Part shown: positions 9,317 through 19,156 of the stretch, in pieces
Numbering within the stretch: the first letter of the stretch is position 1
How the letters are laid out: every line of letters starts with the position of its first letter
NCBI GenBank assembly: GCA_965202985.1
Contig: CBDBCF010000002.1
Span: forward strand, 876,286-940,285
Direction: 5' to 3'
Source: Longimicrobiales bacterium
GTDB lineage: Bacteria; Gemmatimonadota; Gemmatimonadetes; Longimicrobiales; Gaopeijiaceae
DNA: 64,000 nt
Translations under genes and position numbers: made by a program
Notes under the pieces: generated by a model
Seen by the model: only the letters and a program-made list of their open reading frames with translations
The model's database searches: none
What the model was told of the DNA's origin: nothing

Positions 9317-10116
9317 TTGCTCAGTGGAATGTGGAAGGGCTGGTACTCGGGGCCGGGCTGGGAGTCCGGCGCGTAGGGCCGGAAGCGAATCGAGAACTCG
9401 ACCCACGTTCCCACCGAGCGGCCGTTGTGGGTGGCCGGTCGGAACCGGAACGAGCGGATGGCCCGCAACGCGGCCGAGTCCAGTCCTTCCGCGCCCGAGG
9501 ACTCGGCGACGCGCGCCTGGCTGGCGTCTCCGCCGGGCTGTACCCACAGCAAGACGCGGACCGTGCCGCCCACGCCGGCGCCCTGAAGGTGCGGGGGGTA
9601 CTCGCGCGCCACGGTTCTGCGCGCCTCGTCGGGGTCCAGGAGCCCCGGCAAGGTGGCGGGCGGGGCGACCCACGGAACTCGGGCGTCGCTGGCGACGGCA
9701 AGAGGCGCGAGACGCGCAGGCATGGGCTCGGCCTGGGGCTCGGGGCGAGCTTCGGTCGGGGCGACGGGAGCGGGCGGCGGGAGCGGCTGGGCCTGGGGTT
9801 CGGGGCGCGGCGCCGGGGCGAACCACCTGGCCAAGCTCGCACGGGCCGACGGCGCGGCGATCGCGCCCGCAACCCCGAGAACGACGGCCCCTGCGGCAAC
9901 CGCTCGCCGACGCCGACCCGCACGGTGCGGTCCGGCGTCCTGGATTCGCCGGCGCTCCGCCGCCAGCGTTGCGCGAAGTTCGACGCCGAAGGAGCACCGC
10001 TCCTCGATGACGATCGTCCGCAGGTCTCGATCCAGTCCCCGCAGTTCGGAGGGCAGCTCGGACGACGGCTTGGTCCCGCGAGCCCGGCCCCGGCGCAGGC
10101 GCGATCGTCCTCTCAC
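9313..10116 (-). CDS. TonB C-terminal domain protein with N-terminal cytoplasmic segment, TM helix and Pro-rich linker (possible anti-sigma factor)
   Basis: YPPHLQGAGVGGTVRVLLWV...SSGAEGLDSAALRAIRSFRFRPA is a TonB_C pattern; GTG at 10116 follows the ECF stop directly. Confidence 0.8.
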   Translation of the reverse strand: MRGRSRLRRGRARGTKPSSELPSELRGLDRDLRTIVIEERCSFGVELRATLAAERRRIQDAGPHRAGRRRRAVAAGAVVLGVAGAIAAPSARASLARWFAPAPRPEPQAQPLPPPAPVAPTEARPEPQAEPMPARLAPLAVASDARVPWVAPPATLPGLLDPDEARRTVAREYPPHLQGAGVGGTVRVLLWVQPGGDASQARVAESSGAEGLDSAALRAIRSFRFRPATHNGRSVGTWVEFSIRFRPYAPDSQPGPEYQPFHIPLSN

Positions 10117-10121
10117 AAGGT

Positions 10122-10730
10122 CTAGCCCCTGCCCGCCTCGGAGCGCGCCACCGCTTCCCGAAGGCGTTCCAGCGCTCGGTGCAGACGCACCGCCACCGCG
10201 TTGGTGCTGATCTCCAGGGCCTCGGCGATCTCGGCGTTGGTGAAGCCCGACCCGTAGCGGAGAGACAAGACCTCGCGGTCCACCTCCCGCAGCGTGGCCG
10301 CCGCGTTCAGCAGTCCCTGAACCTGCTCCTCGCGCAACAGGCGCTCTTCGGGCGACGCGCAATCGGACGCAAGATCGGGAACGCGGTCCAGCGACACGTA
10401 GAGCGATTGCTGGCGCTGAAGGGCTCGGAGGTGGTCGGTCACGGCGTTTCGGGCGATGCGCATCAGCCATGTTCGCGGCGCCGATCGCGCAGGGTCGTAG
10501 TGATCCAAGGACCGAAGCGCCTTCATGAAGACGTCCGAGGTGACGTCCTCCGCCGCCTCGCGGGTGGCCACGCGGAAGCGCACGTAGCGGTAGACGGGCT
10601 CGCGGTACTCGCGAAACCACGCGTCGAAGTCGGGCGGCAGATCGGCGGCGTCCGAGGTCGAGGCCTGGTTCGAGGCCGTCTTCGCGCCGGCCCGTTGCCG
10701 GGCGGGAGGGTGCTTGGCCGTCCCCGCCAC
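10122..10730 (-). CDS. ECF RNA polymerase sigma factor
   Basis: Region 2 AEDVTSDVFMKA/TWLMRIARN; region 4 AEIAEALEISTNAVAVRLHRALERLR. Confidence 0.92.
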   Translation of the reverse strand: MAGTAKHPPARQRAGAKTASNQASTSDAADLPPDFDAWFREYREPVYRYVRFRVATREAAEDVTSDVFMKALRSLDHYDPARSAPRTWLMRIARNAVTDHLRALQRQQSLYVSLDRVPDLASDCASPEERLLREEQVQGLLNAAATLREVDREVLSLRYGSGFTNAEIAEALEISTNAVAVRLHRALERLREAVARSEAGRG

Positions 10731-10736
10731 GATCCC

Positions 10737-11747
10737 CTAGCCCCCCGCTCCGACGTGGCGAACCAAGTCGGCCACTCGCGCCGAGTAGCCCCATTCGTTG
10801 TCGTACCACGCCAGGACCTTGACCAGCCGCCGGTCCATGACCGACGTGCTCCGGGCGTCCACCACCGAACTCGCGGCCTCGCCGGTGAAGTCCACGGAGA
10901 CCAGGGGCGCTTCCTCCACCCGCAGGAACCCCGCCAGCGGTCCCCGCGAAGCGGCCCGAAACGCCTCGTTCACCGCGTCCGCCGTCGCGTCCTGCGCCGT
11001 TTCCGCCACCAAGTCCACCAAGGAGACATCGGGGGTGGGGACCCGCACCGCCATGCCGTCCAGCTTGCCCTCCAGCTCGGGCAGGACCAGCGAGATGGCC
11101 CGGGCGGCGCCGGTGGTGGTGGGGATCATGCTCAGTACCGCGGCGCGCGCCCTGCGCAGGTCGGCTCGGGGGGCGTCCAGGATCGCTTGGCCGGCCGTGT
11201 ACGCGTGAATGGTGGTCATCAGGCCCCGCACGAAGCCGAACCGTTCGGACAGCACCTTGGCGACCGGGGCCAAGCAGTTGGTGGTGCAGCTGGCGTTGGA
11301 GATCACGTGATGGCGCGCTGGGTCGTACCGGTGGTGGTTGACGCCCATGACCACCGTGATGTCCTCGTCCTTTGCCGGCGCCGAGATCACGACCTTCCCG
11401 GCGCCGGCGTCCAGGTGCTTCGTTGCGGACGCACGGTCCCGGAAGAGGCCGGTGGACTCCACGACCACGTCCACGCCCAACTCCTTCCAGGGCAGACGGG
11501 CCGGGTCCCGCTCGGACAGCACGCGGATTTCGTCCCCGTCCACCTTGATGCATCCTTCCGACGCCTCCACAGAACCCGAATAGGGGCCGTGCACCGAGTC
11601 GTGCTTGAGCAGGTGCGCCAGCGTGCCCGGGTCCGCCAAGTCGTTGACGGCGACGAACTCCAGCCCGCCTGCGCCGGACTCGTTGGCGGCGCGGAGGACG
11701 TTCCGGCCGATGCGGCCGAACCCGTTGACGGCGACTCTGATGGACAT
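10737..11747 (-). CDS. gap: Type I glyceraldehyde-3-phosphate dehydrogenase
   Basis: NGFGRIGR, SNASCTTNCLAP and WYDNEWGYS motifs. Confidence 0.98.
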   Translation of the reverse strand: MSIRVAVNGFGRIGRNVLRAANESGAGGLEFVAVNDLADPGTLAHLLKHDSVHGPYSGSVEASEGCIKVDGDEIRVLSERDPARLPWKELGVDVVVESTGLFRDRASATKHLDAGAGKVVISAPAKDEDITVVMGVNHHRYDPARHHVISNASCTTNCLAPVAKVLSERFGFVRGLMTTIHAYTAGQAILDAPRADLRRARAAVLSMIPTTTGAARAISLVLPELEGKLDGMAVRVPTPDVSLVDLVAETAQDATADAVNEAFRAASRGPLAGFLRVEEAPLVSVDFTGEAASSVVDARSTSVMDRRLVKVLAWYDNEWGYSARVADLVRHVGAGG

Positions 11748-11772
11748 GGGCGACTTGCGTGGATGAAATTCG

Positions 11773-12573
11773 TCAGAGTTCACGGACGGAAACCTCGGGC
11801 ACGGCCAACTCCCGGCCGACCGACGCTTCCTCTTGGAGCACGGGCGCTGTCCGCGCAAAGGCGTAGGCGAAGACGGACGCTGGCTTGCCGAGCGCCAAGG
11901 CCAGCGCTGCCGCGCGTATCGTGGCCCCGGTCGTCACCACGTCGTCCACGAGCACCAACCGCCGACCGGCGACCGCGTCCTTCCGGCCTTCCGCCAGCGC
12001 GAACGCACCACTGACGTTAGCCCGCCGCTGCTCCGGGTTCAAGGTCGTCTGGGTTTCCGTCTGCCGCCGACGCTCCAGACACGGCAGCAACGGCAGCTCG
12101 AGGGCGTCGGCCAGGGCCGCGGCGATGACGCGGGCTTGGTTGTAGCCGCGTCGCCTGCGGTTGCGAGGCGAGGTCGGGACGGGAACCACGGCGTGGGCAT
12201 CCCTGACCGATGCGCTGGCGCGGCGGGCCATCTCGGCGCCCATGAAGTCGCCCACGCCCTTCCATCCCTGGTACTTGAGAGCGTGGACCAGCTCCCGCGC
12301 GGGCGACTCCAACATGCAGGCCGCCCGGGCGCCGACCACTAGCGCCGGCCACTCCGCGCACTCCAAGCAGGCGGGGGCGCGTCCCGTCCCCGAGGGCGCT
12401 CCGCAGCGGGAGCATGCGGGCTGGGGTACGGGCGGCAGGCCCAGGCGACAGTCCATGCACACGGGCGCCGGCGGGTACTCGCCTCCGGTCGCCCCGCCGC
12501 AACCGGCGCAGCCCGGCGGCAGGAAGAAGTCGAGGACGGCGGCCGCCCTGCGGGGCAAGACGAGGGCAAGCAC
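11773..12573 (-). CDS. comF: ComF family protein (Zn ribbon plus PRTase domain)
   Basis: CxxC pairs, RGYNQA and LVDDVVTTGAT. Confidence 0.9.
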   Translation of the reverse strand: MLALVLPRRAAAVLDFFLPPGCAGCGGATGGEYPPAPVCMDCRLGLPPVPQPACSRCGAPSGTGRAPACLECAEWPALVVGARAACMLESPARELVHALKYQGWKGVGDFMGAEMARRASASVRDAHAVVPVPTSPRNRRRRGYNQARVIAAALADALELPLLPCLERRRQTETQTTLNPEQRRANVSGAFALAEGRKDAVAGRRLVLVDDVVTTGATIRAAALALALGKPASVFAYAFARTAPVLQEEASVGRELAVPEVSVREL

Positions 12574-12576
12574 GGC

Positions 12577-13869
12577 CTACCGAAGGGCCTCCGCCATGGC
12601 GCCCGGCGGCGGGTTCCGTTCGAACCAGCAGCGGTAGGAGGCCTCCGCCTGTCCGACCAGCATGTCGCGACCGTCGGTCGCATGGACCCCGAGGGCGGCG
12701 GCCTGCGCGGCCAAGGGCGTCGAGGTCTTGCCGTAGACCAGATCGATCACGGCGGCTGGGAGGCGCGTCAGGCCCTTCAAGTCCACGGGCGCCGCCTTTC
12801 CGTCCAGACCGACGGAGGTGGCGTTCACCACGACGTCCGGCGTGGTCCGGCGCCAGTCTCCGACGGCGCGAAGTCGATCGTCGCGAAAGTGCCTAACCAG
12901 GTCGGCCGCCCGGTCCGGAGAACGGTTCCACAGTTCGGCTCGGGCCAAGGGTCCGGTCTTGACCAGGGCGAACAGCACCGCTCGCGCCGCGCCGCCGGCG
13001 CCCAGAACCAGCACCGAGGGCCCGGCCGGCCCCCAGCGTCGGTCCGCCCCCGCCCTTTGACAGGAACGGCGCCACGTCCCCGTGAAGCCCTCCACGTCGG
13101 TGTTGTCTCCATGGACCTTCCCATCCTGGGCCCAGAAGGTGTTGCACGCCCCCGTCGCCTCCACCGACTCCGACGCCACGTCCAGGAACGGCGTCACGCG
13201 CTCCTTGTGGGGCACGGTCACGTTGCCGCCCCCGCCCGCCAGCGCCATGTCGCGGAGAACCAACCCGCAATCGGCTGCGCTCGTCGGTCGCGCCCAGTAG
13301 ACGGCGTCCACGCCGGCCGCGCGGAAGGCCGCGTTGTGGAGGGCGGGCGACAGGCTGTGGGCCACGGGGTCGCCCAGCACGGCGTAGACGGCCCCGCTTC
13401 CACGCTCGGCGTACCCCCGGGTGAAGAGGCTCGCGAACAGCCTGCCCACGCGGACCTCGAGTTCGCGGAACGTTGCCCGATAGGTCTCGTCCGAGCCGCC
13501 GAAGGGATCGGAGACCGGCGCGGGGCCTCCGCGTTCGTCCGCGAAGAGCCGGACCTTGTCTTCGCCGCCCAACTGAACTACCCGATCGACGTGGCGACGT
13601 TCCATGCACACCAGCACGTCGGACCGGGCGACGGCGTCCTCCGTCAGGAGCGCGCTGCGGTGAGCCTGAAGGTCCAACCCTGCGACGGCGCTCGCCCGGA
13701 CCGCGCCCTCGCTGGCCTGGGCGCCGACGAACGCCGACGTGCCCGCCGACTCCACCGCGACCGGGTTCCCCAGCTCGGCCAGTCCGATCTTGGCCGCGAC
13801 TCGTCGGGCGATCGCCGCCGCCATGGGAGACCGGCAGGTATTGCCTGTGCAGACGAAGGTGAGCGTCAC
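12577..13869 (-). CDS. aroE: Fusion of LMW protein (Arg/Tyr) phosphatase and shikimate dehydrogenase
   Basis: N-terminal FVCTGNTCRSPMA and DPFGG; C-terminal GDPVAHSLSP, NVTVPHK, GDNTD, GAGGAAR and NATSVG, all in one frame; GTGA overlap with tsaC. Confidence 0.88.
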   Translation of the reverse strand: MTLTFVCTGNTCRSPMAAAIARRVAAKIGLAELGNPVAVESAGTSAFVGAQASEGAVRASAVAGLDLQAHRSALLTEDAVARSDVLVCMERRHVDRVVQLGGEDKVRLFADERGGPAPVSDPFGGSDETYRATFRELEVRVGRLFASLFTRGYAERGSGAVYAVLGDPVAHSLSPALHNAAFRAAGVDAVYWARPTSAADCGLVLRDMALAGGGGNVTVPHKERVTPFLDVASESVEATGACNTFWAQDGKVHGDNTDVEGFTGTWRRSCQRAGADRRWGPAGPSVLVLGAGGAARAVLFALVKTGPLARAELWNRSPDRAADLVRHFRDDRLRAVGDWRRTTPDVVVNATSVGLDGKAAPVDLKGLTRLPAAVIDLVYGKTSTPLAAQAAALGVHATDGRDMLVGQAEASYRCWFERNPPPGAMAEALR

Positions 13870-14549
13870 GACCCGGCCAGGAGAACGGGGGCGCCCGCCG
13901 CCTCCGACAGCGCGCCGGGGGCGATCGGCCCGGCGCGCAAGAGAACCGGGTCGGCGTTCCCGGCGCGAACGATCGTGGACGGCGCACCGCCCGGAAGCGG
14001 GCCGGCGTCCAGGGCGAAGAGATCGCGGCCTCGGGCCAGCGCTGCTTGCCGGGCTTCTTGGGCCGTGGCGGCGGGGCGGGCGCCCGGCGCGTTGGCGGAA
14101 GTGGAGGTCAGGGGAGCGGCGGCCGCGGCCAGAAGGGCCAAGGCCGTTGGGTGGCCCGGAACGCGCAGCGCCACCGAACCGTCGAGGGCCTTGGCGGCGG
14201 GATGGAAGCGATCCTCGGGGTCGTCCGCCACGAGCGTGAGCGGCCCGGGCCAGAACGCCCGCGCCAGGGCGCGCCCGGCCGGACCGAGCAATCCGTCGGC
14301 GTCCTGGGACCGGGGCAGCAGCACCACGAAGCCGCCCGACGGTCGGTTCTTCAGTTCTCGCAGGGCGGCCAGCGGCTCGGAGGCGAGCATGCATCCGAAT
14401 CCGTAGACGGACTCGGTGGGGTGGACAACCAGTTCCCCGCCTTCGAGCCGACGGGCCGCCTCTTCCACCGGGTCGCTGCTCGGTGCCGCGCCGCCGCCGG
14501 AACAGATCGCGCCCCGCCCGGCGCCGGTCGCCGTCTCGTCTCTCCGCAT
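13866..14549 (-). CDS. tsaC: L-threonylcarbamoyladenylate synthase (TsaC/Sua5/YrdC)
   Basis: PTESVYG, FWPGPLT and TSTSAN motifs. Confidence 0.92.
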   Translation of the reverse strand: MRRDETATGAGRGAICSGGGAAPSSDPVEEAARRLEGGELVVHPTESVYGFGCMLASEPLAALRELKNRPSGGFVVLLPRSQDADGLLGPAGRALARAFWPGPLTLVADDPEDRFHPAAKALDGSVALRVPGHPTALALLAAAAAPLTSTSANAPGARPAATAQEARQAALARGRDLFALDAGPLPGGAPSTIVRAGNADPVLLRAGPIAPGALSEAAGAPVLLAGS

Positions 14550-15223
14550 CACACCAGTCCGCGCGACAGGTAGGCTTCGGCCGCCACCAAGTCCTCCGGC
14601 CGCGTGACCTTCAAGTTGCAGGACGAGGCGGCCACCATCCGCACCTCGTCCGAGCCCGCGAACTCGGCCATCGCGGCGTCGTCGGTGGGCGACGCGCCGG
14701 CGGCCCGACAACGGGCCAGCGCCTGGGCAAAGACGGCGCTCGGAAAGACCTGCGGCGTCTGGGCGTACCACAGCGCGCGCCGGTCGGGCGTCTCCAGGAC
14801 TCTGCCCCGGTCGTCCGCGCGCTTCACCGTGTCCACGGCGGGGATGCCCGCGACCGCCACGACGCCTTGGGCGGCGGTCCTTATGCACCTTTCGATGGCG
14901 TCCGGCGGCGGAAAGGGGCGAGCGCCGTCGTGGACGGCCACGAGTTCGGCGCCCGACTGCGACGCGTCAAAGGCGGCTCCGACCGAAGCGAAACGCGTGC
15001 CCCCCCCTTCCACGAAGCGAACCCGAGGGTCGTGGTCGCCGGCCTTCGGGGCCCCCTGCCCCACGGCAACGACCACCTCCGCCACGTCCTCCCGAGCCAG
15101 GAACGGCGCCAGCGCCCACTCCAGGACGCTCCGCTCTCCCAGCCGAATCCACGGCTTGCGCGCACCGCCCATGCGGACGCCGGCCCCGGCCGCGGGCACA
15201 AGGACGACCACCCTGGGCGTCAT
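14549..15223 (-). CDS. ispD: 2-C-methyl-D-erythritol 4-phosphate cytidylyltransferase
   Basis: PAAGAGVRMG, VHDGARP, QTPQVF, TDDA and NLKVTRPEDL. Confidence 0.95.
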   Translation of the reverse strand: MTPRVVVLVPAAGAGVRMGGARKPWIRLGERSVLEWALAPFLAREDVAEVVVAVGQGAPKAGDHDPRVRFVEGGGTRFASVGAAFDASQSGAELVAVHDGARPFPPPDAIERCIRTAAQGVVAVAGIPAVDTVKRADDRGRVLETPDRRALWYAQTPQVFPSAVFAQALARCRAAGASPTDDAAMAEFAGSDEVRMVAASSCNLKVTRPEDLVAAEAYLSRGLV

Positions 15224-16716
15224 GCCGCGTGTTCGTCGGGCTCCGGCCCCTTGGCCACCGAGTCGAAGCGGGTGTACGCCTTGTGAAAGTACAGGTCCAC
15301 GGTCCCCGTCGGGCCGTTCCTTTGCTTGGACACGATCAGCTCGGCCTTCCCCTCCAAGGAGTTTCCGTCCTTGTCGGTCGGTCCGTGGTAGTACTCCTGG
15401 CGGTAGAGGAACATGACCAGGTCCGCGTCCTGCTCGATGGAGCCGCTCTCGCGCAGGTCGGACAGCTGCGGCCGCCGGTCGGGACGCTGCTCGGGCGCCC
15501 GGCTCAGCTGGCTCAACGCCACCACCGGGACCTCCAGCTCGCGTGCCAAGGACTTGAGCCCTCGGGATATCTCGCCCACCTCCTGGACCCGATTCTCGGT
15601 CCGTCGGGCCCCGGTCATGAGCTGGATGTAGTCGACGACGACCAGTCCCACGTCCTCCTCGGCCTTGAGGCGGCGCGCCTTCGCCTTCATCTCCAGCACG
15701 TTGGCCGTGGCCGAGTCGTCAATCCATATCCGGGCCGTGTTGAGCAGTCCGGCGGCTCGAGCCAAGCGCTGGTACTCGTCGTGGGCCAGCTTGCCGCGCC
15801 GCAGCCGCTGGGCGTCCACCCGGCCCTCGGCGCACAGGAAGCGCTGCACCAGCTGCTCCTTGGACATCTCGAGGCTGAAGACCGCCACCGGCACTTCGTG
15901 CTCGATCGCCACGGACTGCGCCACGTTCAGCACCCACGAGGTCTTCCCCATGGCCGGCCGGGCCGCCACGATCGCCAAGTCGCCCGGGTGGAGTCCCGTG
16001 GTCATGCGGTCCAGGTCCCGGAAGCCCGTCTCGAGTCCGGGGATGTCGGTCGCCGAGTCCTGAAGGCGCTCGATGTGCTCGAAGACGGGGTACAGCACCT
16101 CCTTGATCCACACGAACCCTTCGCGGTCGCGGGACTCGGACACGCGAAAGACCCTCTGCTCCGCTTGGTCGAGGACCTCTTCCACGGTTCGCTCGCCCGG
16201 TTCGTGGACGTCCCGCTCGATGGCGTGCGCCGCGTCGATGAGCCGCCGAAGGAGCGCCTTCTCGCGCACGATGCGGGCGTGGTACTCCAGGTTGGCCGCC
16301 GTGGGCACGGCCTCGAGCAGCGTGGCCAAGTACTCCAAGCCGCCGGCCTGCTCCAGGTCGTTCGCCTTCTTGAGCTCCTCCGCGACGGTGATCACGTCCA
16401 CGACGCTGCCCCGCTCGAAGAGGCGGACCATGGCCCGGAACAGCCGGCGATGCGCCTCCCGGTAGAACATGGAGTCGTCCACGGCCTCGACGGCCTTGGC
16501 CACGGCGTCGCCGTCGATGATCATCCCGCCCAGCACGGACGCCTCCGCCTCGGGCGAGAACGGCGGCTGTCGGTCGTAGGCGGGCGCCGGCGCGAGGAAG
16601 GCAGACGCAGACGCGGGCGCAGGGCCGTGGCCGGCGTCGGACGCAGGGCCGGCGGCAGGGTCGTTCGCGGGCTCCCGCATGGGCTCGGCCGGGGGAACGG
16701 AAGGCGGGGGGTTCAT
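15220..16716 (-). CDS. dnaB: Replicative DNA helicase
   Basis: AEASVLG, AARPAMGKT, FSLEM, DYIQLM, SDLRESGSIEQDAD and KQRNGPTG. Confidence 0.97.
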   Translation of the reverse strand: MNPPPSVPPAEPMREPANDPAAGPASDAGHGPAPASASAFLAPAPAYDRQPPFSPEAEASVLGGMIIDGDAVAKAVEAVDDSMFYREAHRRLFRAMVRLFERGSVVDVITVAEELKKANDLEQAGGLEYLATLLEAVPTAANLEYHARIVREKALLRRLIDAAHAIERDVHEPGERTVEEVLDQAEQRVFRVSESRDREGFVWIKEVLYPVFEHIERLQDSATDIPGLETGFRDLDRMTTGLHPGDLAIVAARPAMGKTSWVLNVAQSVAIEHEVPVAVFSLEMSKEQLVQRFLCAEGRVDAQRLRRGKLAHDEYQRLARAAGLLNTARIWIDDSATANVLEMKAKARRLKAEEDVGLVVVDYIQLMTGARRTENRVQEVGEISRGLKSLARELEVPVVALSQLSRAPEQRPDRRPQLSDLRESGSIEQDADLVMFLYRQEYYHGPTDKDGNSLEGKAELIVSKQRNGPTGTVDLYFHKAYTRFDSVAKGPEPDEHAA

Positions 16717-17633
16717 GCGGAGGCCTCGGCTGCGGGGGTCCGCGTTGCCGTTGCGGCGCGCGCTTGGTCCATCACTTGCCGCAACAGCTGAAGGTCGTCC
16801 CAGGCCGGCCGGCTCCATCCGGCGTTCCGGAGCAGCGCCGCGGGATGATAGGTCACCACGAGAGGCACGCCCCCGTAGCTGTGCACCTGGCCGCGCAACT
16901 TGCCCAGCGCCTTCCGCGAGCCGGTGAGCCACTGCGCCGCGAAGCTCCCCGTGGCCAGCAGGACCTCCGGGGCCACCAGCTCGAGCTGCCGCTTCAGGAA
17001 CGGTGCGCACGACTCGATCTCGACGGGCGCCGGATTGCGGTTCCCGGGCGGTCGACACTTGAGCACGTTGCAGATGTAGACGGAGTCCTTCCGCGACAGC
17101 CCGACCGAGGCCAGCATCAGGTCCAGCAGCTTGCCCGCCTGGCCTACGAACGGCCGCCCCGTCCGGTCCTCTTCGGCGCCCGGCGCCTCGCCCACGACGA
17201 TCAGACGCGCCTTGGGGTTGCCGTCGGAGAAAGCCACGCGCGTGCGACTCTTGGAGAGCGAGCACCGGGTGCACGCCAACGCCAGCTCGCGGAGCTCGTC
17301 GTAGCCCGCGTTCTCGGCGGCAGGGTATCCGGGCGCACCAGAAGGCTCCGGCGAAGCGGCGGCGGCACGACGGCCCCCGCCGGGCAACCCGCCCGCCCGT
17401 GCACCCCGGCTTCCGGCGTACGGCCGAACCGGTTTCGCGCGCCGTCCGCGCGCTGCGGACCCGCGCGGCTCGTCGGCGCGCTGCGGCTCCGAGGCCTTTC
17501 GGACGGCCGCTACGAGGTTGGCGAATTCGCCGGGCTCGATGGCGGTCGGAACCAAGCCGGGATCACCCATCCGACGACGCTGGTCCAAGTATCCGGCCAG
17601 CAGGGCCGGGCCCGAGCCACGGTCAGCCGTCAC
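16713..17633 (-). CDS. Uracil-DNA glycosylase family 4
   Basis: CxxCxL, GEAPGAEED, PFVG, KCRPPGNR and TYHPAALLR. Confidence 0.93.
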   Translation of the reverse strand: MTADRGSGPALLAGYLDQRRRMGDPGLVPTAIEPGEFANLVAAVRKASEPQRADEPRGSAARGRRAKPVRPYAGSRGARAGGLPGGGRRAAAASPEPSGAPGYPAAENAGYDELRELALACTRCSLSKSRTRVAFSDGNPKARLIVVGEAPGAEEDRTGRPFVGQAGKLLDLMLASVGLSRKDSVYICNVLKCRPPGNRNPAPVEIESCAPFLKRQLELVAPEVLLATGSFAAQWLTGSRKALGKLRGQVHSYGGVPLVVTYHPAALLRNAGWSRPAWDDLQLLRQVMDQARAATATRTPAAEASA

Positions 17634-17646
17634 GTGTCCCGCCCCG

Positions 17647-18933
17647 TCAATCGGCGTCGCCCTCGGCCGGGCCTCCCCGGCGGATCATCGCTTCTTCGGC
17701 CAGGTTCAGAACCTCGTCGGCGAGGGCCGCCTTGCTCATGAGTTCCAGCTCCACGCGGGGGCCGCCCCTGGACAGGACCACCGCCTCGTTGGCGGCCGAC
17801 CCGAACCCCGAGCCCTCCCGGCCCGCCAAGTTGGCCACGATCAGGTCGAAGCCCTTCTCGGTCATCTTGCGACGCGCGCGCTCGACGAGATTGGAAGTTT
17901 CCAGCGCGAAGCCGACGGACACGGCGCCCGGCTTGGCCAGCGGAACCGCCTGCGCGGCGATGTCCGGGTTGGCCACGAGACGCAGGTCCAGCTCCTTCCC
18001 GGTGGACTCCCGCTTGATCTTGTCGGCGGCGGGCGAGGCCGGGCGATAGTCGGACACGGCCGCGGCATAGACGGCCAAGTCCGCGCCGCCGACCCGGTCC
18101 AGCACGGCGTCCCGCATCTCCTCGGCGGTCTCGACGGCCACGACCTCCACTCCATCGGGGGGCGCGATCTCGCACGGCCCCGCGACCAGGGTCGCGTCGG
18201 CTCCTCGGCGCCGCGCCGACGCCGCCACCGCATACCCCATGCGCCCGGACGACCGAGCGCCCACGTAGCGAACCGGGTCCACGGGCTCGCGGGTCGGGCC
18301 GGCGGTCACCAGGACCTGCTTCCCCTGCAGCGCGGACCCTTGGGACAAGGCCCTTCCCACCGCCTCCACGATGCTTCGCGGCTCGGCCATCCGGCCCGTT
18401 CCTTCTCCCTCTCCCGCTCCCAGCGGCCCTTCCGCCGGCCCCGTCGCGCGGTAGCCCAGCGTCGCCGTCAGGTGGGCCAGGTTGGCCTGCGTCTGCGGAT
18501 GGGCGAACATCCGGCTGTTCATCGCCGGCGCCAGCACGACCGGGGCGTCGGCTGCCAGAAGCACCGCCGACGGCAGGTCGCCGGCCATGCCCGCGGCCGC
18601 GCGCGCAAGAAAGTCGGCCGTGGCGGGGGCCACGCACACGCAGTCGGCTTCTCGCGCCAGCCGAACGTGAGCCGCCGCGCCGCGAGACGAGAACGGGTCC
18701 GACACGGGCCGACGGCCGGTGACGCCCTCGAACGCCAGCGGAGTGACGAAGTTGCGGGCCGCCTCGGTCAGCACCACGTCCACGACCGCCCCGTACAGCG
18801 TCAGATCGCGGGCGACCTGAACGACCTTGTACGCGCTGACGCCCCCGCACACACCCAGGACGACGCGCCGGTCCTTCCAGGGTCTGCAGGGCTCTCGGAC
18901 CGGGTAGACCGACCCGTCCTCCGACAGCCGCAC
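17647..18933 (-). CDS. coaBC: Bifunctional phosphopantothenoylcysteine decarboxylase/ligase
   Basis: APATAD, PAMN, TAGPTREPVDPVR, SSGRMG and GFALET. Confidence 0.96.
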   Translation of the reverse strand: MRLSEDGSVYPVREPCRPWKDRRVVLGVCGGVSAYKVVQVARDLTLYGAVVDVVLTEAARNFVTPLAFEGVTGRRPVSDPFSSRGAAAHVRLAREADCVCVAPATADFLARAAAGMAGDLPSAVLLAADAPVVLAPAMNSRMFAHPQTQANLAHLTATLGYRATGPAEGPLGAGEGEGTGRMAEPRSIVEAVGRALSQGSALQGKQVLVTAGPTREPVDPVRYVGARSSGRMGYAVAASARRRGADATLVAGPCEIAPPDGVEVVAVETAEEMRDAVLDRVGGADLAVYAAAVSDYRPASPAADKIKRESTGKELDLRLVANPDIAAQAVPLAKPGAVSVGFALETSNLVERARRKMTEKGFDLIVANLAGREGSGFGSAANEAVVLSRGGPRVELELMSKAALADEVLNLAEEAMIRRGGPAEGDAD

Positions 18934-18937
18934 GCGG

Positions 18938-19156
18938 CTAGACCGGATCCGGCTTGCGGCGCTTGACTAGGCGGTACTCCACTTGGCCCGACGTGATCGC
19001 TTCCAGGGCCCGAGTGGACAGCTTCTTCTGGTCGGCCACGATGACGGCCTCGCGGGGAAGCAGGTTCAGCTCCCTCGCGTACTTGGCGGCCACGAGCACG
19101 CCCAGGTACTTGCTCTGGTTGTTCTCGGCGACCTCGCCGGGGGTAAAGACTCTCAC
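18938..19156 (-). CDS. rpoZ: RNA polymerase omega subunit
   Basis: VRVFTPGEVAENNQSKYLGVLVAAKYARELN...RALEAI; position upstream of coaBC. Confidence 0.85.
   Translation of the reverse strand: MRVFTPGEVAENNQSKYLGVLVAAKYARELNLLPREAVIVADQKKLSTRALEAITSGQVEYRLVKRRKPDPV

Noticed and set aside
9313..11553. Long ORF-track extensions (746 aa here; also 7341-9059, 22636-25839, 40033-42822, 45371-48055, 48987-51554)
   Set aside because: Their N-terminal parts overlap real genes in other frames; starts were trimmed to stop/start overlaps.
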